64,000 bases of DNA. Origin: Podarcis pityusensis (taxonomy: Eukaryota). Both the position numbers and the translations under genes were made by a program. Below, piece by piece: positions 37,473-48,900 of this stretch (its first letter is position 1; each line of letters begins with the position of its first letter). Under the pieces are notes generated by a model. The model ran no database searches and had not been told where the DNA came from. It worked only from the letters and a program-made list of their open reading frames with translations. The stretch lies in NCBI GenBank assembly GCA_964106645.2, contig OZ078259.1. One strand, 5' to 3'.

Positions 37473-39023
37473 TATTTTCGAACAGTCTAGAATCTGGATT
37501 TGATTTGACACCTGCTGCAGAATAGTCCTGACTCACAGCCCCTTCTCCTCATCTTCCCCAACCACAAGCCCAGAGTTCCTTCATTTCCATCAGGAGCTAT
37601 TTGTTTCTGCCAGGGTGGAACGAGAAGTAGCTAATTGTTTCCTTGAAATTCACTCCCACGATCCCAGGCTGTCTACTCCGACATGATGCAATGCCAGACA
37701 GGTGATGAAGAGTGTTGCATCGCTCATCCATATGCAGTGCTTTGGGGTTGCACATCCTATCCTGAGTGTTGCAAGTGGTTTGGGGTGGAGACTCCTGTTT
37801 TGTCCAGTCCTTGCCACAGCAGTGTGCCAGCCCGAACTGGCGCCACTGGGTGCCAGAGCGGCAAGAACAGATAAGAACACCGTGCTAATGGGATGGCGAA
37901 GGAGCAGCAATGTGGGGGTGTAATTGCCAAGAGGTCTAGCCGGTTGGGGCCCTTCTTCTCCTCATTTCAAAGTCCAGCTTGGAAACTAGCCATCATTGCT
38001 TTGAGTTGTTGTTGGGTTTTCTTCTGGTCGTTGTTTGTTTGTTTTATAATCAAGCAATGTATAGATTTATGGCTGTGCTCTGCCTCCATAGTCAGAGGCT
38101 GTATGCTTCTAAATATCAATTGCTGGAAGCAACAGGAGAGGAGAGTGCTCTTGTGATATGGTCCTGCTTGCTGATTTCCCCCAGGAATCTGGTTGGCCAC
38201 TGGGAGAACAGGAAACAGGACTAGATGAACTATTGGCTTGATACAGCAGGGTTCTCCTTATGTTCTTAACTAGCTTTTAACAAGAGCCATATTTTGAACA
38301 TTATAAGAGCCTGGCTGCTGTTTCAGGCCAGAGGCCCAATCTAGTCTGGTGTCCTGTTCTCCCAGTGGCCAACCAGATGGCTGTGGCCAACCACATGCCA
38401 ATGGCAAGCTCAAGAGTTCTCTCCCCAAATAATTCCCAGCAACTGATATTCCTATTGCCTCTGACAGTGGAGGCAGAAGATAGTCGTGGTTGCTAGAAGG
38501 TTTATCTTCCACGAGGATAAATAAATACCTATAAACGTGAAGTTCAAGTCTGATTCAAATCTTGTCTCTGCTAGGAACTTACTATTTTATTTTATTTCAC
38601 TTAGAAGCATGCTTAATATTTCAAAAAGTGGTGTCAATCAGTAGGGAGCATCAGACATGTATCAGCCATCCCCTGCCTCCAGTATTCAATATGGGGCTAA
38701 GGTGCAGAGGACTACGTTACATGGGTGGTATAAGGATTAAAACAATGTATATGGGATGCTTTGAACATGCACATATGCGAAGCATGATTAGTAATCCAAG
38801 GGAAGGGTGAGAAAGGTGCTTATTTCACCTGCCAATTATTCCTCAGAAATATCCTCCAGGCGGTTTTTAACCTGGGTCCCCCTGCCAAGCTGGGCTCCGA
38901 GCCCAATGATCAGCCTGACTTTGGGAAACTATGGGTGGAGGAAACATTCACAGGGGAGAATCAACTCAGCAGCGCAGGGTAGGGGTGGGGAGTGGGGCAT
39001 AGGCAAAATCCTCTTATGCTCAC

Positions 39024-39161
39024 CAGTGCTTTTTTTTTTTTTAAGAAAAAAGGTGCCAGTACTCACCATGAAGTTGTTACAGTAAGAGCCACACTTTTAA
39101 CATGTGGGGGGAGGTGCCGGTACTGCGTACCCTTGGGTACCCCCAGAAAAAAACAGTGCTG
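39024..39161. mobile_element. hAT MITE of the CAGTGC-terminus family
   Basis: Perfect 8-bp TSD ATGCTCAC (39016-39023 and 39162-39169). Confidence 0.85.
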
Positions 39162-39323
39162 ATGCTCACTGAGTCTTTTCTGTAAATGTATTCCCCTCTT
39201 TCCCTATGTTTAGAGGGTTTAAAAACAAGACACAACATGGCAGAGCATTCAGCTTAGGTAATCCTCCCTCTGCATTCCAGAATGGTACTGTCCTCCTAGG
39301 AATAGTACAATTCTACCTATGTC

Positions 39324-39324
<1 letters not shown>

Positions 39325-39367
<43 letters not shown>

Positions 39368-39368
39368 T
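39325..39368. repeat. (TTTC)n microsatellite
   Basis: Direct reading. Confidence 0.95.
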
Positions 39369-39595
39369 GGCTGCAACTTGCAGGGTATATACCCAATACT
39401 CAAGCTTCTGTGGTTAAAAGCCTTTCACTCTTTCTGTTGGTGTGTAAGCATATCCTGGGTTCACACCTTGAATATTCTGCATTGGGCTGGCCACCCAAAT
39501 CAGAAATGATGCAATGGAACTGGAAAAAAGGCCATAACCCCCAAATGCCATCATCAACCCCAAGGGTCCCATCCACGTCACCACTGTGGTTTCAC

Positions 39596-39662
39596 CTTGA
39601 CCTAGTCGCTGTGAATTCTGCTGCTCCTGCTGCTGTTGATGCCTTCGGGCCAATTTCTTCAT
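39596..39662 (-). CDS. LMX1B: LMX1B coding exon 6, 67 bp
   Basis: MKKLARRHQQQQEQQNSQRLGQ(E). Acceptor ...cttcctcag, donor CAAG|gtgaaa. Confidence 0.97.
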
Positions 39663-40789
39663 CTGAGGAAGAAAGGAAAATCAGGACTAAACAGGGGCAC
39701 ATCAATCAAATTCTCACACTGGCTGACTAGATGACTGTGGGAAGCCTGCAAGAAGGACCTGAGTGCAACAACACTCTCCCCTCCTGCTGTTTCCAGCAAC
39801 GGGCATACAGAGGCATACTACTCTGACAGTGAAGGTAGAACATAAGAAGAGCCCTGCTAGGTCAGGCCAATGGCCTTTTAGTCCATCACCCTGTTCTCAT
39901 AGTGGCTGACCAGGTGCCTGTGGGAAGCCTGAAAGAAGGACCTGAGCACAACTGCACTCTGCTCACTTGCAATTCCCAGCTACTGGTATTCAGAGGCATA
40001 ATGCCTCTGACAGTGGAGGTAGAACATAGCCACCATCTCTAGTAGTGCAAGAGTGTCCTTCTAGCAGGCAGTAATGCAGTGACATTGGGGAAGCATTGCA
40101 CAACAACAAATAAAGTGGAATTGTGTGTGGACTAATGTAAAATTGTGGTGTCAATTGTATTTTGCAGAATTCCCCCTTAAAAAAAAAACCAGCACACCAG
40201 TCTGGGGCGGTCCTAGGAGAGGCAATAGATGTGATTCACTGTTCCTCTTCCTATGTATCCACTGTTACTCCTACCCATAGTAGACCAATTAAAATAAATA
40301 AATATGGCCAAAGTAGCATCTTGACTTGAATTCACATATTTCCCTACCTCCCCACTCTGACTACCAACCCCTGAACTATTTCTACTTCTGGAGCTTTTGC
40401 TTCTCACTTTGGGAAAAGTTAAGCAGGGACTGCTCAGGGTATGACACAGGAAGTACAACAAAGAAGGATGCACAAGTCACTTGTACTTCCTGTCCTCCAC
40501 TTCTCCCCCCCCCCCCAATCCTGTAATATCTATTATGCTTGATCGCCATATTCCATACCCCTCAACCGTCCCAATTTTCTCGGGACATCCTGAAATTACA
40601 GAAGCTATCTCAGCTTCTAACTGGATTCTGGAATGTCCCATTTTTTGGTGCTGTGGCTCCTGCGAGAGCACAGCACCAAAAGAGGCAGTGAAGGACCCTG
40701 TGATGATGACAAGAAGGAAGGGTGAAAAGAGCATGTGTGTGAACTTGCATTTCTCAAGGTGTGAGGGGAGAGGGAGAGGGGAGGGGGAG

Positions 40790-40866
40790 AGAAATCCGGG
40801 CGATGGTCACGTGGTTGCACAGTAGAGTCGTGCATCTCTGGGCGGAAGGAGGAGGTGGCAGCAACA

Positions 40867-40897
<31 letters not shown>

Positions 40898-41250
40898 CAA
40901 CAGCAGAATTAGTAGTCGAGCCAGCTTGCTGAGGTCACATATGGCAGTGTTACCCACTACCGTGAGTGCTTCCTTCCTCACACGCCGCTGTGTCGGCCCC
41001 TCCCTCCCCCCCTGCACGGGAGGGGAAGGTGGTGAGTTAGAAAGCGGCTGAGGCATCAAGAAGGGAGAGGAGCACGGCGGAAAGAATCCCAGCGTCGCTC
41101 CAGAAAGGCGGCCATTTTGAGTCCCTCCTACCCTGCGCCTCCTGTTGTGGTTTTGTTTTCTTTCGGGGGGGTGTCTTCTGCCGCGGCCCCCCATTCTCTC
41201 TCTCTCTCTCGTAAGTTTGCTGTAGGAAAGGAAGAAGCGTCCCCCCCGCC
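40790..41250 (+). promoter_or_regulatory. CpG-rich promoter/first-exon-like block
   Basis: About two dozen CpGs in ~460 bp; E-box GGTCACGTGG, GGGCGGAAG, YY1-type GGCGGCCATTTTG, and three plus-strand GTRAGT donors. Confidence 0.45.
40858..40906. repeat. (CAG)n(CAA)n trinucleotide repeat
   Basis: Direct reading. Confidence 0.92.
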
Positions 41251-41869
41251 TTCCCCACATGTACCTTCACTCTTGGACCCCCTAACTCTAACCCACACAG
41301 GGGAATGTCTTCTTTCCCTCCCCTCAGCATGCTGCAGCCTGGCTTAATAACAATACCATGCAGAGTGCTTAAGTTCTCTGTTGAATTGGGGGGGGGGCTC
41401 TTTCTTTTCTCACCCCTTCAGGTTGTGACTAAGCATAATTTGCCCCACATAACATAACACACCCCCTGATTTTATTTGGCAGAATGCTGGAGGGTTTGCG
41501 TAGTCTATGTGCTCCCCTCCTTCTGATGAAAAGCCAAATCTCTTCACCACAGTTAGGGTTGTCAACAAACCATGACCCAAAATGAAATTAGATGCAAATG
41601 TGTGACAGATCTTCAGAGGGATCCATGGGAAACCTAAAGTGGTTGAATAAGATTGGCAAAATGTTCTATCTTGAATAAAAAATAAATTAAAGAGAGCATT
41701 TCTGAGCTCCACTTCAGCTCCTGGGTTGTAGCCAATATTAATCCTAGTCAGAGCAGGCCCACTTAAGTTAATAGATATGACCAGGGTAGGTCCATTAATT
41801 TTAAGTGGGTCTACACTGAGTTGGACTTGGTTAGAACCCGTTCTGTCTTATTGGTAGGCAGGACCTTAC

Positions 41870-41947
41870 CTTTGCTCTTTGATTCTGAAACCACACCTGG
41901 ACAACTCTGACACTGAGGCCTGTTTCAGCTGCTAGTGTCTCCCTAAC
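41870..41947 (-). CDS. LMX1B: LMX1B coding exon 5 (homeodomain helices 2-3), 78 bp
   Basis: Not in the ORF track; read by hand as [26 protein letters not shown] (WFQN motif, Q50). Acceptor ttgcag, donor AAG|gtaagg. Confidence 0.98.
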
Positions 41948-42900
41948 CTGCAACAAAGGTAAAAAGGTGAAATAAGTTGTGGAGCTGAAATGGAAAGTTG
42001 CTGCAATCAAACAAAATGCCTAAGTTCTCTCAACTCTGAGCCCTGCATTTCCAAGAAACTGCAGGGACATCCAGAAGAATAAATAACAGGTTCAATGCTA
42101 AGATTGTAGAGATGGTGAAGTTAATGAGACAGAAGAGATGAGAGTTCAATGAGTCAAATAATGCAGAATCAATTTTATTTTTCTCTGTGTGTGTCCACAG
42201 TCTTTGGACCTACAAAGAATTTGCAGTGCTAAATTCACCATGTCAATGTCTATATTGTATTGTGCTTTTTGGTAGAGAGGTCCCTGGCACGGATTGGCTG
42301 AGTGAGTGTGATGTAATGGAATGTTCACAAACATTCTTCCTGGAAATTGATTTCTTAAAAAAATGAACTGTCAAAAAGTTTGGCTTCTGCAGAAAATGGG
42401 GAAGTTGTCCATTTGGAAGCTATCCAAAGTCACAAAGGACCTAGAGGCAGGAATAGTTTTATATTTGCAGACTTCGAAGTGGAAATAAGTCTACAACATG
42501 TACAGACCACAAATTTAAAGTACACAGTTTCCCTCAAATAATCCTGGGAACTGTGGTTTGATATGAGTGCTGGGAATTGTAGCTCTGTGAGCGGTAAACT
42601 ATAGCTTTTTTGTAGTGTAGAGCCATATGCTTTGCATGTGCCTTCAATGCATGGTGTGTAAGCAGCCATAATCACTGCCAATGGGCAGCATCCTGCCCTG
42701 TATCAGAGGGCAGCAAGCTCAGTTAGGGAACACTTGCACCTGCTGCCTTACACAGCATTATCCGCCTCATTCTACATGGTTGGGCTAACCCTAAACGTAC
42801 GATTCTTTTAGCTAAAGATGCCAGTTGAGGTGTATGTTTTGCTACAACCATGATACAGAATCAGATTGTGAATGGTGGTGTTTGAACAATGACAGCCTAC

Positions 42901-43079
42901 CTTCCTACAAGGCTTGGAAGATACTTCAAATGAAGCTTTGAAAGCTCTCCTCTGCTGTGTTGTGAGTATCGTCCGCGGCCGCTTTGGTCTCCTTGGGTCC
43001 TTTCCGTCGTCTCCACCCTTCCCTGGGTTTGCTTGTCCTTTGGTCGGTTTCACATCCCCATCCTCATCATCACTTTTAA
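42901..43079 (-). CDS. LMX1B: LMX1B coding exon 4 (linker and homeodomain N-terminal half), 179 bp
   Basis: (V)[59 protein letters not shown]. Acceptor ...ccaatag, donor AAG|gtaggc. Phase matches exon 3. Confidence 0.98.
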
Positions 43080-44028
43080 CTATTGGTCAATTGCAAATGG
43101 AACAAATTAAAATACATGACCGCTCAGCCCACGCAGGACCACCACAGGTCCATCCAGTTAGCATCAGGTTTCTCCTAGTGACCAGCCAGGTGCTCCAAGG
43201 CATTGGTGAAGAACCTCAGGACCAGGGATCAAATGGAGCCCTCTACCTGGCCCTCAGAACTCTCCTTACACTATGCCACTCACTTGCCCTCCATCACATC
43301 CTCAATACTTTTGCCTGGCTTGAATGTTGTCTATGAACTCTGATAATTCCTCCTGCTTGTAAAGAAAGGGGATTGTGAAGAAACTAGCATGACATATAAC
43401 GATAGCATCTACATTTGTTTCTCCACCCACTTTTGTCTCTGTCTCCTCCCACCACTGGAATGTGGCCCTGGTAAGGGGAATGTGGGCCTCAGGCTGAAAA
43501 AAAACACCTCCACCCCTACCCCAAGAGAAGACTAGGAATAAGGCTTGCAGGCAATAGGAACTTTAGTTGTTTCTTACCCTGTTCTGAAGGAGAGTTGTAT
43601 GTATGTCTCATATGTCTCCCTTTCAGATTTAACTATTAATAATCTAGTAATAACTTTTGGCTCCAGGTGCCATATACCAGCTTTCTGAGTGGCAGGAAAG
43701 TACTTCAGCTATTGTGTGACACACTTCATTTACCCACTGAGGAACAGTTATAATCTGTGGCACCATTAACATAGAACTTTGGGGCAGTTGTCTGGAACCC
43801 TACTCAGCAGCATAAACAGGAAGGCTCCCCAATTTAAGCATTTCTAACTCATCAAATTTTGAAGTAATACACATTGCCACAGGGGAACCTTTTTTAGCCT
43901 GGGGCCGCATTCTCTCATGAGCAACATTCGGGGGGGGGGTTTCATACCAATGGTGGGTGTGGCCAGAGGGGGGAAGTGGGCAGAGAGAGAGATGTGCCTT
44001 TGACTTTTGTACAGCAGACAACGGTCAA

Positions 44029-44273
44029 GAGAGCCAGTGTGGTGTAGTGGTTAAGAGCGGTAGACTCGTAATCTGGTGAACCGGGTTCGCACCTCCGATC
44101 CTCCACATGCTGCTGCTGGGTGACCTTGGGCCAGTCACACTTCTCTGAAGTCTCTCAGCCCCACTCACCTCACAGAATGTTTGTTGTGGGCGAGGAAGGG
44201 AAAGGAGAATGTTAGCCGCTTTGAGACTCCTTTGGGTAGTGATAAAGCGGGGTATCAAATCCAAACTCTTCTT
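44029..44273 (+). mobile_element. Full-length young tRNA-derived SINE (Squam3-like)
   Basis: GAGAGCCAGTGTGGTGTAGTGGTT A-box, GGTTCGCACCT B-box, (CTT)n tail, TCAA duplicated on both sides. Confidence 0.88.
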
Positions 44274-44461
44274 TCAAAGGTACATCAATCTAGCTGGTCA
44301 TTTAAGATACATAATCACAGTTCAAAGAACATATTCCAGCCTAGTCAAAGCACTCAAGTATAGGGTGGAGAAAATCTAGTGAGGTGGCTGGGGAAAAGTC
44401 TTGGCCTGGGCAGACTCCCAGAGACATTTGTCTCTCTGGCTTGAGGCTCCCAGACTCTACA

Positions 44462-44669
44462 TTATTTATTTATTTCATTTATATACCACTTTTTCCTCCA
44501 AGGAGCTCAAGGTGGTGGGCATTGCTTCTCCTCCTGCCTCACAACAATACGGTGAGGTAAATCAGGCCGAGATACAGGTATTGGCCCCGAATCATCAAGT
44601 GAGCTTCCTGGTAGCATGCGGATTCAAACCCAGGTCTGGCACTCTATCAGTTACACTGCACTGGCTCTC
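44462..44669 (-). mobile_element. Older Squam3/MIR-like SINE
   Basis: Reverse strand begins GAGAGCCAGTG, has a GGTTTGAATCC B-box and a (TAAA)n tail. Confidence 0.75.
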
Positions 44670-44731
44670 ATTATCATCCAAAGGGGAAGAAAGGGAGGAG
44701 CTATGCTTGTTCGTTCCAGAGATTGAAATTA

Positions 44732-45028
<297 letters not shown>

Positions 45029-45478
45029 TCAGGTCATGAGGCCGAGGCTCCTAGCAGGATCCCAATCTGGAATTCCAGAACATATGAAGAGCCCTGCTGG
45101 ATTGGGCCAAACATCTTGTTTCTCCCAATCAGACGACTGTGTGAAACCCAGAAACAGGACCCGATCCTAAGAACCCTCTCCCCTCCTGTAGGCTCCAGCA
45201 ACTGGTATTCAGAAACGTTTCTGCCTCTGACCATGGAAGATGAGCACAGCCATTGTGGCTAGTAGCCACTAACAGGCTTACCCTCCAAGAGAGGAGAAGA
45301 CCTGGAATGAAAATCTCCTGGCATGAATTTCCTTGTAGAAGAGTATATGACACCCTGCATGGGCATTCTGCAGTGCTCACATACATTTTATACATTGCAA
45401 TTATTTTTGTTGAGAACAGAACCGCCCCCCCCCCCAAGCTGCAATCTAAGTCATGTGTAGGATTTGAAATACATTTTT

Positions 45479-45966
45479 AGAGACCAGGGAGAAGAGTCGG
45501 TGGAAGAAGATTGGAAGAAATTTAAAGACTATCTACAGAAATATTGCAAAATTAATGAATGTTAGAATGATGTTAGAATGAAATTAGGTGGTTTAAGCAG
45601 TAATGCTATAAAGGTGTATGTGAAAAAGGATTGATAACAGGTGAAAATTTAAAGTCATAGTATATTAAGTTAAAGGATCATGAGAAACTAAAGAGGGAAA
45701 GAAATTGCTGAATTAACGAATTGAACTGGAATACAAGAAAGGGAGGTATGAGGAGGTCAGGGAAACAAGGATATGAATGTAAGGTATGGAAAAATTGATC
45801 TATTTTTCTTTTCTTCTTCTTTAAGTGTTTTTTATTCTTTTATTCTGTACTTTGTATTTTGTATTTTTCTTGTATTTTTACTTCTGTTTTTTGTTTTTGT
45901 TTTTCTTGTTTTTGTGTAATTCTTTTTTTCTGAAATTTTAATAAATATCATTTTTTTTAAAAAAAA
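45479..45966 (+). mobile_element. L1-clade LINE 3' end
   Basis: RDQGEESVEEDWKKFKDYLQKYC then a T-rich 3' UTR, AATAAA and an A tail. 14-bp TSD TGAAATACATTTTT (45465-45478 and 45967-45980). Confidence 0.88.
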
Positions 45967-48900
45967 TGAAATACATTTTTTAAAAAATGTATTGCATTTA
46001 TGCCTTGCTCTTCCTCCAAAGAGGTCATCAAAATATATGGAGGGTACTCAGCAAAATCAAGGGAAAACCAGGAGTAGAATGGCTTTGAACCTCAATTCCA
46101 AGAGACAGGCCTAAGACACTGTGTTGGATACACAGCACTGAATTACCCAAGAGGCTTTGGGCACCAGCAAAGCAAGGGCACAAAAAATGAGATTTTTTTT
46201 AATTTTTTTTTTAAATTGATATATTTTTTTTAAATCATCTACTAACATAGATTGGAATAATACAAGGAATTTAGATTCTGTTATGTGCTGCAATAAATCT
46301 ATGCTTTATTAATTATATGTTCTTCTGACTTATATGAACTTTGTTTTTTTTCTTATCTGCATATGCATATAAACATAAAAGACATTGTGCATTGCATAAT
46401 TTGTTTTTCTGTTTTTATTTCTGATCACTGAGATAAGAGGCAGGATGAAATGTAACCAATAAAATATTATTTTGTGGCTTTGTGTTGTTTATATTTTGAA
46501 TTACACAATCTTTTCAGGGCATAGGGCCTCTAAAGGTCTTAATCTGGCCCTGTGCATACAGTTTGTTTTCTCCCACTGTATAGGAACTCCTTGGTGAAGC
46601 CCCTCATAAAACTATCTTGATGCAACCATAGAATCAGTAGTGTCTGGTGCCCACTGAGGCTATTGGAGTGGAATGAAATGATAGGTAAAATGATAGGCAG
46701 AGTCTCAGCCAATGAGAGGCAGAGCCAACAAATTATACTTTTGCTTCCATCCTCCCTCCCCACTGAATTCGACAAGGGCAACTGTGAGACTAAGCATGAG
46801 GAAGAAGCTGACAGGTAGCGCCGCCACCCCCCGGACTGGTTTCCAACAAGAAGGCATACAGCTGTGGGCTGTCTGAGGGCAGATTGAGATTGGGGTGGGG
46901 CTACTAACCCTCTTGCCCTAGTGGACCAGCCTCCATTGCTTGCCCCAGGACATACTGAGAGGGAGAGGAAGCATCTTCCAGCTTTTGGTAGCATCCAAGC
47001 ATGCTGGGACCCCATTCTTTTCTCCTTTCCTTGCATATGCAACCAAGGAAGTACTTAAAAGGATTAAAAGCGTGCACAGATCTCCCCTGCCCTGGCTCCC
47101 TAAACCGATTGGGCTCTGTTTAATGAAGCTTGCCCCTTGAACTCAAAAGGGGCGTGGGGAAGACAGGATGCCTTCAAAGGGTTTCAAGAGGATCAGCGCT
47201 AATGTAAAGGCATCTGCAGATGGGCAGTCCATTCAGACCGTTGCAAAACCGATTGCGCTTCAGTAACATTCAATGGGGTGAAGGTAATGAGGGGTGGAAG
47301 CAGGCTGATGTTTGGCAAAAGCATTTGGGAAGGGGAGAGAAGCTTTCAGGTGGGGTGGGGGATTCATCACGCTGGGGGGAGGGGGAGGAAGGGGGAACAT
47401 TGTTGCTCCGATAAGCTTTCTGTTGTTTTTATGGCATTTTGTCCTTTCCACGGATGATCGTCCAAATGTAAAGTAGGAATGCTTTCAAGCAAAAGGCATT
47501 TATTTAACCCCTACTCCCGAATGTAGGACCCAGGGACATGACCCAGCCAAACCTGATTGCTTTTACTGTCCCAGTGAGTCCTTGATATTGCAGAGCAAAG
47601 GAGGAAATCCATAGAGGGATGGAACAAACAGTCTATAGCCAGGCTGTTTTGCACATGTTCATAAATGTGTTCCAGTCCATTTAAAATAATAATCATCATC
47701 ATCTGCATGAAAATTCATATTTGCATACCTCTTCATATTTAACTTCACATTTAAATACAAAATGTACATTTCTAAATGTATTTTATCCTTAAAAATAAGC
47801 TTTTTACACACACTTGAGTACTTTTTAAAGCAAAAAACTGCTTGACAAATTTCAGTGATGTGTGAATTCTGAAAGATAAAAGTGTTCTAATGTAAGTATT
47901 AATTTGTAAAGGGTCTGGTCTGTTCCATACTGGAATTTGCAAAGAATTAATTTCTCAGGCATCCATTCAGGAAACAAATTTCATTTCAGCCTGAACAGGT
48001 GCAAAGAGGAATAGGGTTGTATCCAACTAACTTCAACTCAAGAGTAGGCCCATGAAAATTAATAGACTTAAATCCATCATGCCCCTCTGTTTCAACACTA
48101 ACACTGTTGAAGGCTAGTCCTAGTCTAGACTAACACTTGATGCTGCCTATACTTGCCACAAAGACAAAGGATTGTAGCCAATGCTAGTCCTCCTCAGAGT
48201 AGACCCACTGAACTCAATGGACATGAGTAACTTAAGTACATTCATTCCAATGGATCCTCTCTGAATAGGACATGCATTGGATGAAACTAGAGAAGGGAAA
48301 ATCTGTCAATTTTGATTTCTCTCATTCTTCCAACCCTTGATTCTCCATATTTCCACATGAGTTTGCAATTAAGATATAATAAAAGTCCTCACGAAAATTC
48401 ACATTTTTATTAATATTTTTCCTAATATTAAACACTTTTTAATGCAGTTTTAACTGGTATACTCTTTCTTTGCAGAGCAGTCTTGATGCTACTTTAATAA
48501 ATGTATGCATATTTATACACACTTCACTCTAGAATATGATTTTTTGCACCTATTTGGCTGGAGAACTGCACTGCAAAATTCAGAGATGTGCGAATTTTGA
48601 AGGACTTTTGCGTTTCAGTTCATGTATTGTTTTGGAAAGTGCAAATTACATCTGTTCACCTAGAAAGATGAACTGAATTGACTCTCTCCCTCCTCCTAAG
48701 GTACAACCCATTACACCCAACTTTTGGTTTCTTGTGGATATAGAAAACAAGGGTCTGTGATAGTCTAGGAAACCTCCCGCTTTTAAAAATACAAGCAGAT
48801 CACCAGGAGCATCTTTCAGCCCACCCACATCTGCTCCCTTGTTGAAAAAGAGTGGGGCAGCCCTACATAAGGAAAGGGATATTTAATTCAGTTCAGCCAG

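Larger units (their letters stand above)
40554..41498. mobile_element. Putative hAT-type element carrying CpG-rich cargo in intron 5
   Basis: Imperfect TIR CATACCCCTCAAC / GCTGGAGGGTTTG with gtccc/gggac subterminal motifs. The TSD is only degenerate (catattc / cgtagtc). Confidence 0.55.

Noticed and set aside
39555-39595. In-frame extension of exon 6 like the longer mammalian isoform
   Set aside because: The next GT dinucleotides are 11, 14, 19 and 37 nt downstream; none preserves the frame.
40754-41260. Poly-Leu and poly-Ser/Asn ORFs
   Set aside because: They are translations of the (CAG/CAA)n tract; no support as proteins.
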